From NCBI GenBank assembly GCA_965279375.1, contig OZ257156.1, forward strand, positions 4,032,001-4,096,000: a stretch of 64,000 bases of DNA, written 5' to 3'. Within the stretch, counting starts at the first letter, position 1, and each line of letters starts with the position of its first letter. A model generated the notes under the pieces. That model was not told the DNA's origin, made no database searches, and saw nothing but the letters and a program-made list of their open reading frames with translations. Shown in pieces: positions 19,394 through 30,549 of the stretch. The position numbers and the translations under genes are program-made. This stretch comes from Gemmatimonas sp. (GTDB lineage: Bacteria > Gemmatimonadota > Gemmatimonadetes > Gemmatimonadales > Gemmatimonadaceae).

Positions 19394-21120
19394 CAGGTGG
19401 TGGAATCGAGCGATGCAGCGTGCAGCACGTCGCGGTTCACGTCGGAATTGAGCTGAAGCATGGGAAGGTGCAGCCCTTCGCGGGCTGCGGTCGCAATGGC
19501 GATCTCGTAACCGGCGTCGGCGTGGCGCGCGACACCGATGCCGGGATCATTCGTGAGCACGCGCTCCAACCGGCGGCGCATACGCTCGGAGCCGTCTGCG
19601 ACGATAACCTGCCCCGCGTGCAGCGAGTTCCCGATGCCAACCCCACCGCCGTGGTGGAACGACACCCACGAGGCACCGCTGGCGACATTCAGCAGCGCGT
19701 TGAGGATCGCCCAGTCCGCGATGGCGTCGCTGCCGTCGCGCATTCCTTCCGTCTCGCGAAACGGCGAGGCCACGCTTCCCGTGTCGAGATGATCGCGTCC
19801 GATGACAATGGGCGCCGACACTTCACCACGCGCGACAAGATCGTTGAGCGCGAGCGCAAGACGTGCGCGGTCACCCTGCCCGAGCCAGCAGATGCGCGCG
19901 GGCAATCCTTGAAACGCGATTCGCTCACGCGCCAGCGTAATCCAGCGCTTGAGCGGTGCATCATCCGGAAACATCGACAGTACCAGCTCGTCGGTGCGAT
20001 GGATGTCGGCCGGATCGCCACTCAGGGCGACCCAGCGAAACGGCCCCTTCCCCTCGCAGAAGAGCGGACGGATGTATTCCGGCACGAAGCCCGGAATGCG
20101 AAACGCGTCGTCGAGCCCCGCATCGAACGCGACGGTGCGAATGTTGTTGCCGTAGTCGAAGGTGACCGCGCCGCGGTCCTGCAGCGTGCGCATCGCACGC
20201 ACGTGCTCCACCACCGACGCGGTCGCGCGCGCGATGTACTCGGTCGGATCGCTGGTACGCAGCTGCGCGGCCGCGTCGAGCGTCATGCCCTGCGGCACGT
20301 AACCGACCAACATGTCGTGCGCGCTGGTCTGATCGGTCAGGACATCCGGCACAACGCCGCGGCGAACGAGTTCAGGGAGAATCTCTGCGGCATTGGCACA
20401 CAGCCCCACCGACAGCCCAACGCGGCGCTCCTGCGCGTCGCGCAGCCAAGCGAGCGCCTCGTCGAGCGAATACGTCATCCGGTCGCAGTAGCGTGTGTCG
20501 ATGCGCTTCTGAATGCGCGTCGGGTCGACGTCGATGCCGAGCACTGCCCCGCCCAGCATCGCGGCGGCCAACGGCTGCGCGCCGCCCATGCCGCCCAGTC
20601 CTGCGGTCACCACGAGACGTCCATCGAGCGTGCCATCAAAGTGCCGCGCAGCGACGGCCGCGAATGTCTCGAACGTCCCCTGCACGATGCCCTGCGACCC
20701 GATGTAAATCCACGAGCCGGCCGTCATCTGGCCGTACATCGTCAGCCCCAACTTCTCGAGGCGACGGAATTCCGGCCACGTGGCCCAGCGCCCGACAAGA
20801 TTGGCATTCGCCAACAGCACGCGCGGTGCATCCACATGCGTGCGAAACACCGCCACGGGCTTGCCGCTCTGCACCAGCAACGTCTCATCATCGGCGAGGG
20901 TGCGCAGCGTATCCACGATGGCGTCGAACGCCTCCCACGAACGCGCTGCACGTCCGGTCCCGCCATACACCACGAGGTCGTCCGGACGCTCGGCGACTTC
21001 CCCGTCGAGGTTGTTCATGAGCATGCGAAGCGCGGCCTCCTGCTCCCACCCCTTGCACGAGATCGTGGCACCGCGAGGCGCGCGCACTGGCCGTGGACCG
21101 CTCACGTGAGCCTCGCTCAT
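19393..21120 (-). CDS. hutU: Urocanate hydratase
   Basis: [67 protein letters not shown]. Confidence 0.97.
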   Translation of the reverse strand: MSEAHVSGPRPVRAPRGATISCKGWEQEAALRMLMNNLDGEVAERPDDLVVYGGTGRAARSWEAFDAIVDTLRTLADDETLLVQSGKPVAVFRTHVDAPRVLLANANLVGRWATWPEFRRLEKLGLTMYGQMTAGSWIYIGSQGIVQGTFETFAAVAARHFDGTLDGRLVVTAGLGGMGGAQPLAAAMLGGAVLGIDVDPTRIQKRIDTRYCDRMTYSLDEALAWLRDAQERRVGLSVGLCANAAEILPELVRRGVVPDVLTDQTSAHDMLVGYVPQGMTLDAAAQLRTSDPTEYIARATASVVEHVRAMRTLQDRGAVTFDYGNNIRTVAFDAGLDDAFRIPGFVPEYIRPLFCEGKGPFRWVALSGDPADIHRTDELVLSMFPDDAPLKRWITLARERIAFQGLPARICWLGQGDRARLALALNDLVARGEVSAPIVIGRDHLDTGSVASPFRETEGMRDGSDAIADWAILNALLNVASGASWVSFHHGGGVGIGNSLHAGQVIVADGSERMRRRLERVLTNDPGIGVARHADAGYEIAIATAAREGLHLPMLQLNSDVNRDVLHAASLDSTT

Positions 21121-22640
21121 GACACGACTCCTTGAACGACAGGTTCGAGCGCGCCAGCGGCGATGGCGCTGCCGAGCCGCATGATGTCCGGCGAGGGTGG
21201 CCGATCGCCCGAGGCGCGCGGCACGTACTGGCGAATGATCGCGTGCGCCTGCTCCAGCGCGGCTGTCGTGCGCAACGGCCGGCGATGCTCGATGCCTTCC
21301 GTCGCTGCGATCAGTTCGATGGCGATCACATGCCGCAGATTGCGCACGCTGCGACGCAGCTTGGTGGCCGCACCCATCGCCATCGGTACGACGTCTTCCT
21401 TGTTGCCGTCGGTTGGTATCGAGTCGACACTGGCCGGATGCGCGAGCGTCTTGCACTCGCTCGCCAACGCAGCCGAGGTCACCTGCGCCATCATGAACCC
21501 CGACTCGAGCCCCGGTGACGCCGCGAGGAACGGCGGAAGTCCCTGGTTAAAGTCCGGATGCACCAGCCGGTCGGTGCGGCGTTCGCTGATCACGGCGAGA
21601 TTGGCACTGACGATCGAGAGAAAGTCCGCCACCATCCCCACGGCCTGCCCGTGGAAGTTGCCGCCGCTCAGCAACTCTCCCGACGCAAGCACGAGCGGAT
21701 TGTCAGTGGCCGCATTCAGCTCTCGCTCGATGATCCCATGCGCGAACGCGATCGCTTCATACGCGGGCCCGTACACCTGCGGCGAGCACCGGAGCGCGTA
21801 CGCGTCCTGCACACGCGGATCGCCATGCCGATGCGATTCGCGAATCTCGCTCTCACCAAGCAGCCCACGCAGCAGCGCGGCGGATCGTTGCTGGCCGAGC
21901 TGCCCACGCGCGTCCTGAATGCGCGCGTCGAAGGCATCGGGAGTGCCGAGTAGTGCCTCCAGGCTGAGCGCTGTGGCCACGTGCGCTGCACGCCAAAGAC
22001 AATCCAACTCATGCCACGCGAGAGAGGCGATCGCCGTGTGTGCCTGTGTGCCGTTGATGAGCGCGAGCCCTTCCTTGGCCTGCAGCACGACAGGTTCGAG
22101 ACCGGCAGCGCGTAGCAGCGTTGATGCGGCATCCACGCGACCACCGTGGTTGGCCTCGCCCTCACCGATCAGCGCCAACGCGAGATGCGCGAGCGGTGCG
22201 AGGTCGCCACTCGCGCCCACGCTTCCCTGCTCCGGCACGATCGCCCAGATGCCGGCGTTGAGCATGCCGAGCAGCGTTTCCACGACCTCGGCGCGCGCGC
22301 CAGCGAAGCCCGTGGCAAGCACATTCGCGCGCAGCAACATCATCGCGCGGACTTCGCGCTCCGGCAGCGGATCGCCCACACCTGCCGCGTGACTGCGCAC
22401 GAGATTGCGCTGCAGCGCATCGAGCTGGGCGTTGGGAATCGTCACTTCGGAGAGCTTGCCAAAGCCCGTATTGACGCCGTACACCGGCACGCCTGCCAAC
22501 ACTGCGCGGTCCACGACACCGCGCGTCTGCACCATGCGCGCGCGCGCATCGGGGGCGAGATCCACACGGCGATGGTGGTCGGCCACCGCGACGAGGTCCG
22601 CGACACGCAGCGAACGGCCATCCAGCGGAAGAGAAGTCAC
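21117..22640 (-). CDS. hutH: Histidine ammonia-lyase
   Basis: [15 protein letters not shown] (His-type selectivity pair), MIO motif [28 protein letters not shown]. Confidence 0.96.
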   Translation of the reverse strand: MTSLPLDGRSLRVADLVAVADHHRRVDLAPDARARMVQTRGVVDRAVLAGVPVYGVNTGFGKLSEVTIPNAQLDALQRNLVRSHAAGVGDPLPEREVRAMMLLRANVLATGFAGARAEVVETLLGMLNAGIWAIVPEQGSVGASGDLAPLAHLALALIGEGEANHGGRVDAASTLLRAAGLEPVVLQAKEGLALINGTQAHTAIASLAWHELDCLWRAAHVATALSLEALLGTPDAFDARIQDARGQLGQQRSAALLRGLLGESEIRESHRHGDPRVQDAYALRCSPQVYGPAYEAIAFAHGIIERELNAATDNPLVLASGELLSGGNFHGQAVGMVADFLSIVSANLAVISERRTDRLVHPDFNQGLPPFLAASPGLESGFMMAQVTSAALASECKTLAHPASVDSIPTDGNKEDVVPMAMGAATKLRRSVRNLRHVIAIELIAATEGIEHRRPLRTTAALEQAHAIIRQYVPRASGDRPPSPDIMRLGSAIAAGALEPVVQGVVS

Positions 22641-22688
22641 TCGGCGGAGGTCAGGAGGAAGGGAAGAAGCCGCGCGGGGTGACGCCGG

Positions 22689-25600
22689 TCAGAAGCTGCT
22701 TTGCCGGTACGTCTGGCGATCGTAGTTGAACTTCAACTCAGGCTGGGCCTTGAGCGCGATGAAGAAGTTGAACGAGAAGTTGCCGTTGGGTGCCTGCGTG
22801 AACGCAAAGACCGCGTTCCAGTCATGCAGCTGACGTTGCAGCCCCACCTGCTGACTTGCAAACCGGTTGCGCTCCACATCGTACTGCGTGGACCATTGCG
22901 CCGACCAGTTCTGCGTGATGTTGAAGGTCAGCGCCGAGGTGACGTTCTGCGTGGGCGGAGAGATGAACACAGGCGCGCCGATCGCGCTCTGTCCGGTGGT
23001 GAGCCCCGTCGCCGGTGCGTTCTGCGCCTGGAAAATACAGTTGTCATAAGCCGACAAGCCAAAGATCCGCTGCGACTCGCAGAGCGTTGCCGGGTCGTTC
23101 TTGATTTGCGTTCCGCCTCGCGGTGGTCGCTGTCTCGCCGCGTTGTACTGAAGGTTGAGACTCCAGCCGGCGCCGGTGGGAATGCTCGCCTGCATGCCAC
23201 GCATACTGCCACCCGCCGCGTTCATCTGGCGTGACTGACGCGCGATGTTCTGCTCGTTCGCGTTCACGGGGCGACGCGGATCGGTGGACGGCGCTTCAAG
23301 CACGGGCGACTTGCCCAACAGGCGCCCAAGCACGGCAAAGATGCCCGACTTGCCGTTGAGCGAGAACGAGACTCCGATGTCGGTGCGGTACGGGCTGAAG
23401 GTCGCCGTATCGGAGAGCGGATCACCTTGGAACAGCTCGTACGACGTGCGGAAATCGAGACCGGGCAACAGGTCCGTGTTGCCAGAGATCGAGAAGGTGC
23501 GATCGGTGAAGCCCTTGCCCGTGGAGTCGGCGCGCACGAAGTCGTACGTGAGCGGCGAGAAATTGAGCGAGAGCAGCTTGATCTTGCGGAGATTCTCCTT
23601 GCCTTCCCCACCCAAGCCACCGCCAGCGATCGGTTCATCGCCGTTGCCACGCGCCAAGTCGCCCGACTCGACGCCACTACGTCCGGCCGATGTATCCACC
23701 GGCACGACGCTACCCTTGATCTTGGCTTCGATGTTGGTGGCGAAGCCGAGCGAGACGCGGTTCTGCTTGAGCGCGCCGAGGTAGCCAACGCGCGTTCGTC
23801 CGAGTGCCGCGAGATACTCGTCGCTGACGGAGGCCTGCGGCGAGTAGCTGAAGCTGACGTTGGGTGAAACGGTGTGCCGGAAGCGCTGAATCGGCCCTAC
23901 GCCGGGGAACTGCGCGTAGAACGTCGGCGAGGCGCCAATCGCGTAGCTGAGTCGCTTGGCCTGCTGCACCCATTGCCCGCCACTCCGCTCGGTGCGCACC
24001 CACAGTCCCGAAGCACCGTCGACGTTGGCCACGTTGACCGTCGGTGAGACGTTCCAGCTCCCCTGGAAGAAGCGCGGCAGATTGAACGACGTCGTCCAGT
24101 CCGCGTTGCTTTCGAAGGTGCGCGCAAAGATGCGGGTGAACTTCTGCGAGGTATCGCGCACGCCGATGATTTCGCGCTGCTCGGGATAGTCGTTGACGCG
24201 CTCGGTAATGCTGAACGAGTTCTGCCAGATGAAATCGCCGAGCTTGAGCGGCGTATCGAACGCGAAGTTCATGTTGCGTCGGCCGGCATTGAACCTCGTA
24301 CTGTCGATGCCGCCGCGCCCGTTCGAGTTGTACACGTACGGAAACTGGAGCCCCTGATCGATCTTGGAGTTCGTGCTGACCGCGAGCCGCATGGTCGGCG
24401 TCCACGTGAAGCGCTCACTGCCCAGCGAGCCTGCCGTCACGTTGACAGACGGGAACTCCATGTCCACCTGCGAGCGTCCCGGATACTGCACGCGAGATCC
24501 GCCGATATTGATCTGCGCGGGACCGACCTTGGTCTGATAGCTGAGCTGCGAGCGAATCGTGGCATTCGCCGCGACCGGATTGATCGTCGTCGCGCGCTGC
24601 ACCGTGGTGCTCTGCACCCAATTCAGGCGCGCCGTGAGTCGCGTCTGCTTGGAGAAATCCTGGTTGTGATTCCAGGTGATCGATGTGTTGGTGGTGCCGT
24701 TGCGCTGCGCGATGTACGAAACCGCTGTCTCGCCGTTGATGAATCGGTTGAGCCACTTATACCGATACTCGATATTGCTGCGCAGATAGCCGGGGTCGTT
24801 GTCCGTCGAGCGCGCGGCGCTGCGCCAATCGAACGACGCTTCCGCGTTCATGTAGTCGTTGATGGCAAAGAAGTAGCCCATGTTCGACACGCTGCGACGA
24901 TACGACGGGCTGTTGCGCAGCAATTCGGCGATGCCGAAGTTGGGCGTCAGCAAGCCACTGCGACGACCACGTCGCACATCCTGGAAGAAGAACGGAATCC
25001 AGAAGACCGGCACTTCACCGATGTAGAGCACACCCGGGCGCGCCACCATCACGTTCTCCGAGATGAACTTCATGTCCCGGGTGGTGAAGTGGAAATGCGG
25101 CTCTTCGTGATCGCAGTAGGTGAACGACCCGTTCTTTGCGAAAATGATGTGCTTCCCTTCCACCAGCGAATCCGTGCTGATCGCACTGCGTTCGGCGGTC
25201 AGGTACAAGCGCTGCCCAGAACTCACCGACGTGGAGAACGCGCCGGTGATGCCCTGCTTGGTCTCGGTGTCGTAGTCGATGCGACCGCGTGCGACGAAAT
25301 CGTCCGCGTCGGGCTGCGACGGGTCGCGCAGCACGACCGTATCGCCGGTGGCGACGACGCGCTTGGTGGAGTCGCTGTAGGCGATCGTGTCGCCGATGAG
25401 CATCGTCTGGTCGCGCTTGACCGCCGACGGCTTGCCGCGAATGCGCAGCTCCTTGGTACGCGCGTCGAACACGACGACATCGCCCTGGTACTGGACCGTG
25501 CGGTATCCTTTGCGCTCGAGGAGCTCCTTCATCGCCGAGTCAGGCTGCGCCCACTCGAAGATGGCCTTCTCGCTGTGAAGCGCGCGGACCGTGGTGTCGG

Positions 25601-25736
25601 GACGACCGCCCGGCTGCGCGCCCGTGCGGTTGGGCACCGGCGGTCGCGGGCGTTGAGCGGCAGCAGGGACGGCGACGAGCAGAGCACACGGCAGCAGCTG
25701 TCGCGCCAGTCGCGCTACGCGAGTCAGCAAAGCCAC
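22689..25736 (-). CDS. lptD: Putative LPS-assembly protein LptD (FCB-type)
   Basis: Signal peptide (VPAAA-Q), OstA-like N-terminus, SFTYCDHEEPHFHF..PVFWIPFF..RRSGLLTP, alternating beta-strand C-terminus; start uncertain. Confidence 0.78.
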   Translation of the reverse strand: MALLTRVARLARQLLPCALLVAVPAAAQRPRPPVPNRTGAQPGGRPDTTVRALHSEKAIFEWAQPDSAMKELLERKGYRTVQYQGDVVVFDARTKELRIRGKPSAVKRDQTMLIGDTIAYSDSTKRVVATGDTVVLRDPSQPDADDFVARGRIDYDTETKQGITGAFSTSVSSGQRLYLTAERSAISTDSLVEGKHIIFAKNGSFTYCDHEEPHFHFTTRDMKFISENVMVARPGVLYIGEVPVFWIPFFFQDVRRGRRSGLLTPNFGIAELLRNSPSYRRSVSNMGYFFAINDYMNAEASFDWRSAARSTDNDPGYLRSNIEYRYKWLNRFINGETAVSYIAQRNGTTNTSITWNHNQDFSKQTRLTARLNWVQSTTVQRATTINPVAANATIRSQLSYQTKVGPAQINIGGSRVQYPGRSQVDMEFPSVNVTAGSLGSERFTWTPTMRLAVSTNSKIDQGLQFPYVYNSNGRGGIDSTRFNAGRRNMNFAFDTPLKLGDFIWQNSFSITERVNDYPEQREIIGVRDTSQKFTRIFARTFESNADWTTSFNLPRFFQGSWNVSPTVNVANVDGASGLWVRTERSGGQWVQQAKRLSYAIGASPTFYAQFPGVGPIQRFRHTVSPNVSFSYSPQASVSDEYLAALGRTRVGYLGALKQNRVSLGFATNIEAKIKGSVVPVDTSAGRSGVESGDLARGNGDEPIAGGGLGGEGKENLRKIKLLSLNFSPLTYDFVRADSTGKGFTDRTFSISGNTDLLPGLDFRTSYELFQGDPLSDTATFSPYRTDIGVSFSLNGKSGIFAVLGRLLGKSPVLEAPSTDPRRPVNANEQNIARQSRQMNAAGGSMRGMQASIPTGAGWSLNLQYNAARQRPPRGGTQIKNDPATLCESQRIFGLSAYDNCIFQAQNAPATGLTTGQSAIGAPVFISPPTQNVTSALTFNITQNWSAQWSTQYDVERNRFASQQVGLQRQLHDWNAVFAFTQAPNGNFSFNFFIALKAQPELKFNYDRQTYRQSSF

Positions 25737-25740
25737 TGCG

Positions 25741-26505
25741 TCACTCGTCCAGCGCGGCCATGCGCTTTTCACGACGGTTATAGATCACGCGCGAAAGCGT
25801 GATGGAGACTTCGTACAGAAAATACAGCGGCACCGTCAGCGCGAAGAGCGACGTCGGATCCTGGCCCGGCGTGATCACGGCCGCGGCGATGATGCAACCG
25901 ACGAATGCATGCCGGCGAAACTTCGCAAGGAACTTGGGCTGCACGATGCCGAGTGCCGTGAGCAGCACGATCACGATGGGCAGTTCGAACACCGCGCCGA
26001 ACGCGAGACACATCGCCAGCACGAACCCGAAGTATTCGTGCACCGTCAGCACCGACTCGACCGACGCGCTCTGGAAGCCGAGCAGGAAGCGCAGCGTCAC
26101 TGGCAACACGTAGTAGAACGCCAACGCCATACCGGCCAGAAACAGCATGGCCGCGCCCATCAACGCCGGAATGACGACCTTCTTCTCGTGCCCGTAGAGC
26201 GCCGGCGACAGGAAGCCCCAGATCTGCCAGACGATCACCGGTGACGCGAGTACGAGCCCGATCGCGATCGACGCATCCATGACGATGTTGAACAGATCGC
26301 TGGGATGCGTCACCATCAACGGACGCTTGAGGAACGGCTGCACCGGCTGCGACAGCAGCCCGATGATGTCGATCTGCTTGCTGTACAGCAGCGCGAACGA
26401 ACCGATCACCCCGATCGCGACGGCCAGTGCGATCCGGAACAGCCGCCACCGGAGCTCCTCGAGGTGATCGAGGAACGGCATCTCTGCTTGCTGCTGCGTG
26501 GCCAT
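25741..26505 (-). CDS. tatC: Twin-arginine translocase subunit TatC
   Basis: MPFLDHLEELRWRL, WQIWGFLSPALY..EKK, FELP, AAVITP. Confidence 0.97.
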   Translation of the reverse strand: MATQQQAEMPFLDHLEELRWRLFRIALAVAIGVIGSFALLYSKQIDIIGLLSQPVQPFLKRPLMVTHPSDLFNIVMDASIAIGLVLASPVIVWQIWGFLSPALYGHEKKVVIPALMGAAMLFLAGMALAFYYVLPVTLRFLLGFQSASVESVLTVHEYFGFVLAMCLAFGAVFELPIVIVLLTALGIVQPKFLAKFRRHAFVGCIIAAAVITPGQDPTSLFALTVPLYFLYEVSITLSRVIYNRREKRMAALDE

Positions 26506-26546
26506 CGGAATGCGAGAGGTCTGGGGCGAACGTGAACGGCCGCGCG

Positions 26547-27410
26547 TCAGCGCAGCGTCTTGAGCTGATCGGCAGCCGTCACGGCTTCATCGCTGCGCGG
26601 ATAGCGGGCGATCACCTGCTCGAACAGTTCGCGCGCCTTGGCGCTGTTGTTCTGCTGCAGAAAAAGCATCGCGCGCTTGTACACCGCCGTCGGCGCCTTG
26701 GGTGCATTAGGATACTTGGAGACGACTGCCGCGTAGGCCGCATCGGCGGCAGCCACCTGCTTCTCCCGCGAGAACGACTCCGCAATCCAGAACTGCGCGT
26801 CGGGGGCCTCTTCCGCGTTGGGATAATTGGTGAGCAGGTCCTGAAACAGAATGCGCGCGGTGGTGCTGCTGCCACGCGTCAACTGATCTCGTCCGCTCTG
26901 GTACAACTCACTCGAACTTGGGATGCGAGTCGGCGTGGTCGGTGCGGGGTTGGCTCCCGGCGTCGTGCTGGGTGCGGCACCTGCCCCAGTTGCGGTCGGC
27001 GGCACGGTGCCCGTCGGCGGAACGGTCGGAGCCATCGGCATGGCGCTCGCGCGCTCGGCAAGCTCTGCGCGCAACCGTGCGATCGTCGCTTGACTCTGGC
27101 CCAGCAGCTGCTGGATCTGCAGCAGCTGTTCCTTGATCGCGCGCGTTTCACCGCGCACATCGCCCTGAATGTTCACCGTGCGCGCGCTCACCTGCGTCAG
27201 CGAATCGGTCGCCGTCTGCAGCAGCTTCATCGCCTGAGCCAGCGCCGCGCGTTCGTCGCTGTTGGCCCGAGACAATTCCGCGCGCAGCGAGGCGATGTCG
27301 GTCTGCACGAGGCGGACGTCGCTACGCGTCGCGAAGCAGCCGCCCGCCGCCACGAGAGCGGCGAGCGGGACCACGCGCAACATCCGCACAGCGAACGTCT
27401 GAGGCTGCAT
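26547..27410 (-). CDS. cpoB: Tol-Pal protein CpoB/YbgF
   Basis: Lipobox-like AAGGC, coiled coil, TPRs YPNAEEAPDAQFWIAES; follows pal. Confidence 0.88.
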   Translation of the reverse strand: MQPQTFAVRMLRVVPLAALVAAGGCFATRSDVRLVQTDIASLRAELSRANSDERAALAQAMKLLQTATDSLTQVSARTVNIQGDVRGETRAIKEQLLQIQQLLGQSQATIARLRAELAERASAMPMAPTVPPTGTVPPTATGAGAAPSTTPGANPAPTTPTRIPSSSELYQSGRDQLTRGSSTTARILFQDLLTNYPNAEEAPDAQFWIAESFSREKQVAAADAAYAAVVSKYPNAPKAPTAVYKRAMLFLQQNNSAKARELFEQVIARYPRSDEAVTAADQLKTLR

Positions 27411-27973
27411 CACTTGGCGCGGAGCTGATCGCCGCCGGCGATGATCTCGAACTCATCGCGACGGTTCTTGGCCCACGACTCTTCCGACTCGCCCTGCACA
27501 GCCGGACGCTCGCGACCGAAGCTGGCCGTCTCGATACGCGATGCATCGACGCCGCGATCGGTCAGGAACTTCTTGGCGATTTCGGCACGACGACGGCCGA
27601 GCGCGATGTTGTACTCATCGCTACCGCGCTCGTCGCAATGTCCGGAGATGCGGACCTTGAGCTGCGGGTTGCGGTTGAGCAACGGCAGCTTGGCTTCGAG
27701 CGTGGCGCGCGCGTCGTCACGAAGTTCGTCCGCGTCATACTCGAAGTAGATCGTTTCGAGGAGCTTCGCTCGCGCCGAGGCGATCTCTGCGCGAATCGCT
27801 TCCATCGTATCGACCGGCGTCGCCGTCGTCGTCGGCGTCCGCGGCGGAGCGGCCGGCTGCGTGGCCGGTGGGGTCACCGGCGGCGTCACCGCAACGACCG
27901 GCTTCTTGCGGCAGGCGCCGAGGATGAGCGGAGTTGCGACGAGCACCAGCATCAGACGAGACGAACGGATCAT
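27410..27973 (-). CDS. pal: Peptidoglycan-associated lipoprotein Pal
   Basis: Lipobox LGAC; IYFEYD, GHCDERGSDEYNIALGRRRA, SFGRERP, NRRDEF. Confidence 0.95.
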   Translation of the reverse strand: MIRSSRLMLVLVATPLILGACRKKPVVAVTPPVTPPATQPAAPPRTPTTTATPVDTMEAIRAEIASARAKLLETIYFEYDADELRDDARATLEAKLPLLNRNPQLKVRISGHCDERGSDEYNIALGRRRAEIAKKFLTDRGVDASRIETASFGRERPAVQGESEESWAKNRRDEFEIIAGGDQLRAK

Positions 27974-28015
27974 GTGAAGCGACTCCGGATTCAGGTGGAG
28001 AGAAACGAACTGCGA

Positions 28016-29329
28016 TCAGGGCGTGCCGAGTCGTGGAGACCACGCAGAGAGACGAGCGCTCGCTGGCATCTTGAGCTGCCGCGTACGACCGGACTCCGTG
28101 TCCACGACCCACAACTGACGGATACCGCTGCGATTCGACGTGAAGACGAGATGGCGCGAGTCGGGTGCCCATGACGGGTCTCCGTTTCGTCCATCGCTCG
28201 TGATCGTGCGCGTCGACTTGTCGCGCACATTCACGGTCATGATCTGGAACGTCCCGCCGTTGAGCGATTCGAAGGCGACCAGACGCCCGTCGGGAGACCA
28301 GTCCGGTCCAGCCCGATAGTTCCGGTCACCGAATACACCGTCGGTGAGCTGCTCCACGTTCGTGCCGTCGAGATCGCAAATATAAACCTCGTTATGGCCG
28401 GAGCGGTCTGACGCGAACACGAGGCGCTGACCATCCGGACTGAAGGACGGGGCGAAGCTCGCACGACCGCGCCCGACGGTCACACGCACCGCTTGGCCGC
28501 CGGCGTAGGGCATGCTGTACAGATCGGCCCCCGCATCGGACACGCGGGAAAACACCACGGTCCGACCGTCGGGAGACACGGCGGGCGTGCCGTCCTGTGC
28601 TGTTGCGGGCGAGGTCAGTGTGCGCTGCGCGCCGGTGGCCAATTCGGTGACGAACAGCGGATCGCGACCGGTGAGGACGTTGTAGACAATTGCGCGTCCC
28701 GACGGATGCCACGCGGCGGAGAGACCCGCCGGGGTGACCGGGCGCGCGTTGGCGCCATCGCTGTCCACCACCCAGATGCGTCGATCGCGCTCGAACGCGA
28801 TCTGCGACTGCGCGATCCCGCGCTGAAAGGTGATCCACTCCTCGATGCCGTCCGACACGCCGTGCAGCGCCATGCGCCACGCAGGGGTACCGGCGGGATT
28901 CGGAAGCGGGAAGTCCTTTTGGTTGACGACGGCCTTCTTGGAGACGTCGTGCAATGCCACGCGAAGCCAGCCCGATGCCAGCACGGTCGCCTGCACGACG
29001 CCATCGACGCCCAGTTTGGCCATCACCGGATAGTTCGGCGGGCCGTTGCTGGCGGGCGCAGAACCCGTGGGCACAACGGTGAAACGATCGCTGTAATCGA
29101 GGTCGCGCGAGATAATCGTCGCGATCGAATCGCCGGTGGCCCCACTGATGGGCAACACGAGCATCGACGGGCGCTGACTGCCACGTACCTGGATGCCCAG
29201 TCGCACGCCGGGGTCCTGCGCGAGCAGTGGCGTCGATGGCGCGAGGAGCAGGCCGGCCAGGAGCGCGCTCGTGCGCAGCAGGGCTGCGCGGCCACGCGCC
29301 GCGGCCATCACGGACAGCGAACGATTCAC
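28016..29329 (-). CDS. tolB: TolB periplasmic beta-propeller
   Basis: Signal peptide; repeated P.(W/F)SPDG PD40 units; operon position. Confidence 0.9.
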   Translation of the reverse strand: MNRSLSVMAAARGRAALLRTSALLAGLLLAPSTPLLAQDPGVRLGIQVRGSQRPSMLVLPISGATGDSIATIISRDLDYSDRFTVVPTGSAPASNGPPNYPVMAKLGVDGVVQATVLASGWLRVALHDVSKKAVVNQKDFPLPNPAGTPAWRMALHGVSDGIEEWITFQRGIAQSQIAFERDRRIWVVDSDGANARPVTPAGLSAAWHPSGRAIVYNVLTGRDPLFVTELATGAQRTLTSPATAQDGTPAVSPDGRTVVFSRVSDAGADLYSMPYAGGQAVRVTVGRGRASFAPSFSPDGQRLVFASDRSGHNEVYICDLDGTNVEQLTDGVFGDRNYRAGPDWSPDGRLVAFESLNGGTFQIMTVNVRDKSTRTITSDGRNGDPSWAPDSRHLVFTSNRSGIRQLWVVDTESGRTRQLKMPASARLSAWSPRLGTP

Positions 29330-29344
29330 AGCTGGATCACAGCG

Positions 29345-30133
29345 TCAGGGGCGAAGGGAGTAGTCGAACGTGAAGTAGACCACGAGCACATCGTCTTTCC
29401 AGCCCGAAGGCAGCGGACCGAAACCACGCGTGGAGCCGACCGCCTCCACAGCTCCGGTCGCTTCGATGTCGTAGATGCGATCGCCTGAGGATTTTACCAC
29501 CTCGATGCCGGCAACCGAACCGTCGCGCCGCACAAGAAACTTGACCTCGGTGACGAGCGTCGCGGAGACCCGACGCGGCGACCAGTTGAGCGTCAGCTGG
29601 CGAACGATGTTGTTCAGGTACCCAGGATAAGGGAACTCGATCCCCTTGGTATCAACGTTGGCGACGTCCGCTCCCTTGCCACCAACGGCACCGCTACCTG
29701 CCTTGGGCGGCGATTTCGCCGTGCTTTTGGTCGTCGTCGGTGCCTTGCTCCCCGACGCCTTGTTGGCTTTGGCTGATGGTGTGGCCTTCGCCGGCGGCGC
29801 GACGCGCGCCTTCGAAGGCATCGCCTTCTCTGGAGGCGCGGCACGCTCAGCGCCCGCGGGGGCCTTCGATGGCGTCGGATCCGGCTCGGCGGGCTTGGGC
29901 GTGACCACGCCGGCCTGTCTCGCTCCCTTGGGCGCTCCCATCAGCGTGACGCGATATACAGGTGGACGCACCGGCTCCGGACGCGCCGCGACAAACCACA
30001 CCGCCGCGACAATGGCCACGTGAATGACCGCGGAGAGGGTGAGTCCACCGCTCAAGCCGCTGCTGCGTTTGCCGCGGTTCGGGCCGCCGTCGCGCAGTCC
30101 GCCCGACGCCGTCGACGCGACCGCAGCGCTCAC
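29345..30133 (-). CDS. tolA: TolA/TonB-family protein
   Basis: TM with S-x3-H motif (SAVIH), Pro/Ala/Lys linker, TonB_C-like RRDGSV...KSSGDRIYD. Confidence 0.82.
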   Translation of the reverse strand: MSAAVASTASGGLRDGGPNRGKRSSGLSGGLTLSAVIHVAIVAAVWFVAARPEPVRPPVYRVTLMGAPKGARQAGVVTPKPAEPDPTPSKAPAGAERAAPPEKAMPSKARVAPPAKATPSAKANKASGSKAPTTTKSTAKSPPKAGSGAVGGKGADVANVDTKGIEFPYPGYLNNIVRQLTLNWSPRRVSATLVTEVKFLVRRDGSVAGIEVVKSSGDRIYDIEATGAVEAVGSTRGFGPLPSGWKDDVLVVYFTFDYSLRP

Positions 30134-30543
30134 CGCGCCGACTCCGGCTCCGCGACCAGGCCCACGTCGGAGATCCCGCTGGCGCGCATCGCGGCGACCA
30201 CGCGCACCACGATGCCGTAGGGCACCGCCGCATCGGCGCGCAGGTACACGCCGCCGCCGCCCTTCTTTTCCGACAGCGCCTTGATGCCGCGCGAAAACTC
30301 GTCGAAGGAGAACTTGACGTCATCGATGAAGATGTAGCCATCGCGGTCCACCGTGACGACCAGACCGTTCTTCGACTCGAGCGGGCGCACGTTCGCCTTG
30401 GGCAACGCGATGTCCACACCGCCCTGCATGATCGGTGCGGTGATCATGAAGATCACCATCAGCAGCATCATGACGTCGATCAGCGAGACCACATTGATCT
30501 CGCCGTTCACTCCCATGCGCTCTCGGCGCCGGCGCATCCGCAT
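30130..30543 (-). CDS. tolR: TolR/ExbD
   Basis: EINVVSLIDVMMLLMVIFMITAP; LRADAAVPYG. Confidence 0.92.
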   Translation of the reverse strand: MRMRRRRERMGVNGEINVVSLIDVMMLLMVIFMITAPIMQGGVDIALPKANVRPLESKNGLVVTVDRDGYIFIDDVKFSFDEFSRGIKALSEKKGGGGVYLRADAAVPYGIVVRVVAAMRASGISDVGLVAEPESAR

Positions 30544-30549
30544 GCGCGG

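Noticed and set aside
19393..21456. Long N-terminal extensions in the ORF track (hutU, nadD, wbpB, radC, secA and others)
   Set aside because: Longest-ORF artefacts, mostly overlapping the upstream gene; family motifs begin at downstream starts, so these are not fusions.
21117..22640. Ergothionase, PAL or TAL instead of HAL
   Set aside because: SH selectivity residues and canonical hutU/hutI neighbours fit an ordinary histidine ammonia-lyase.
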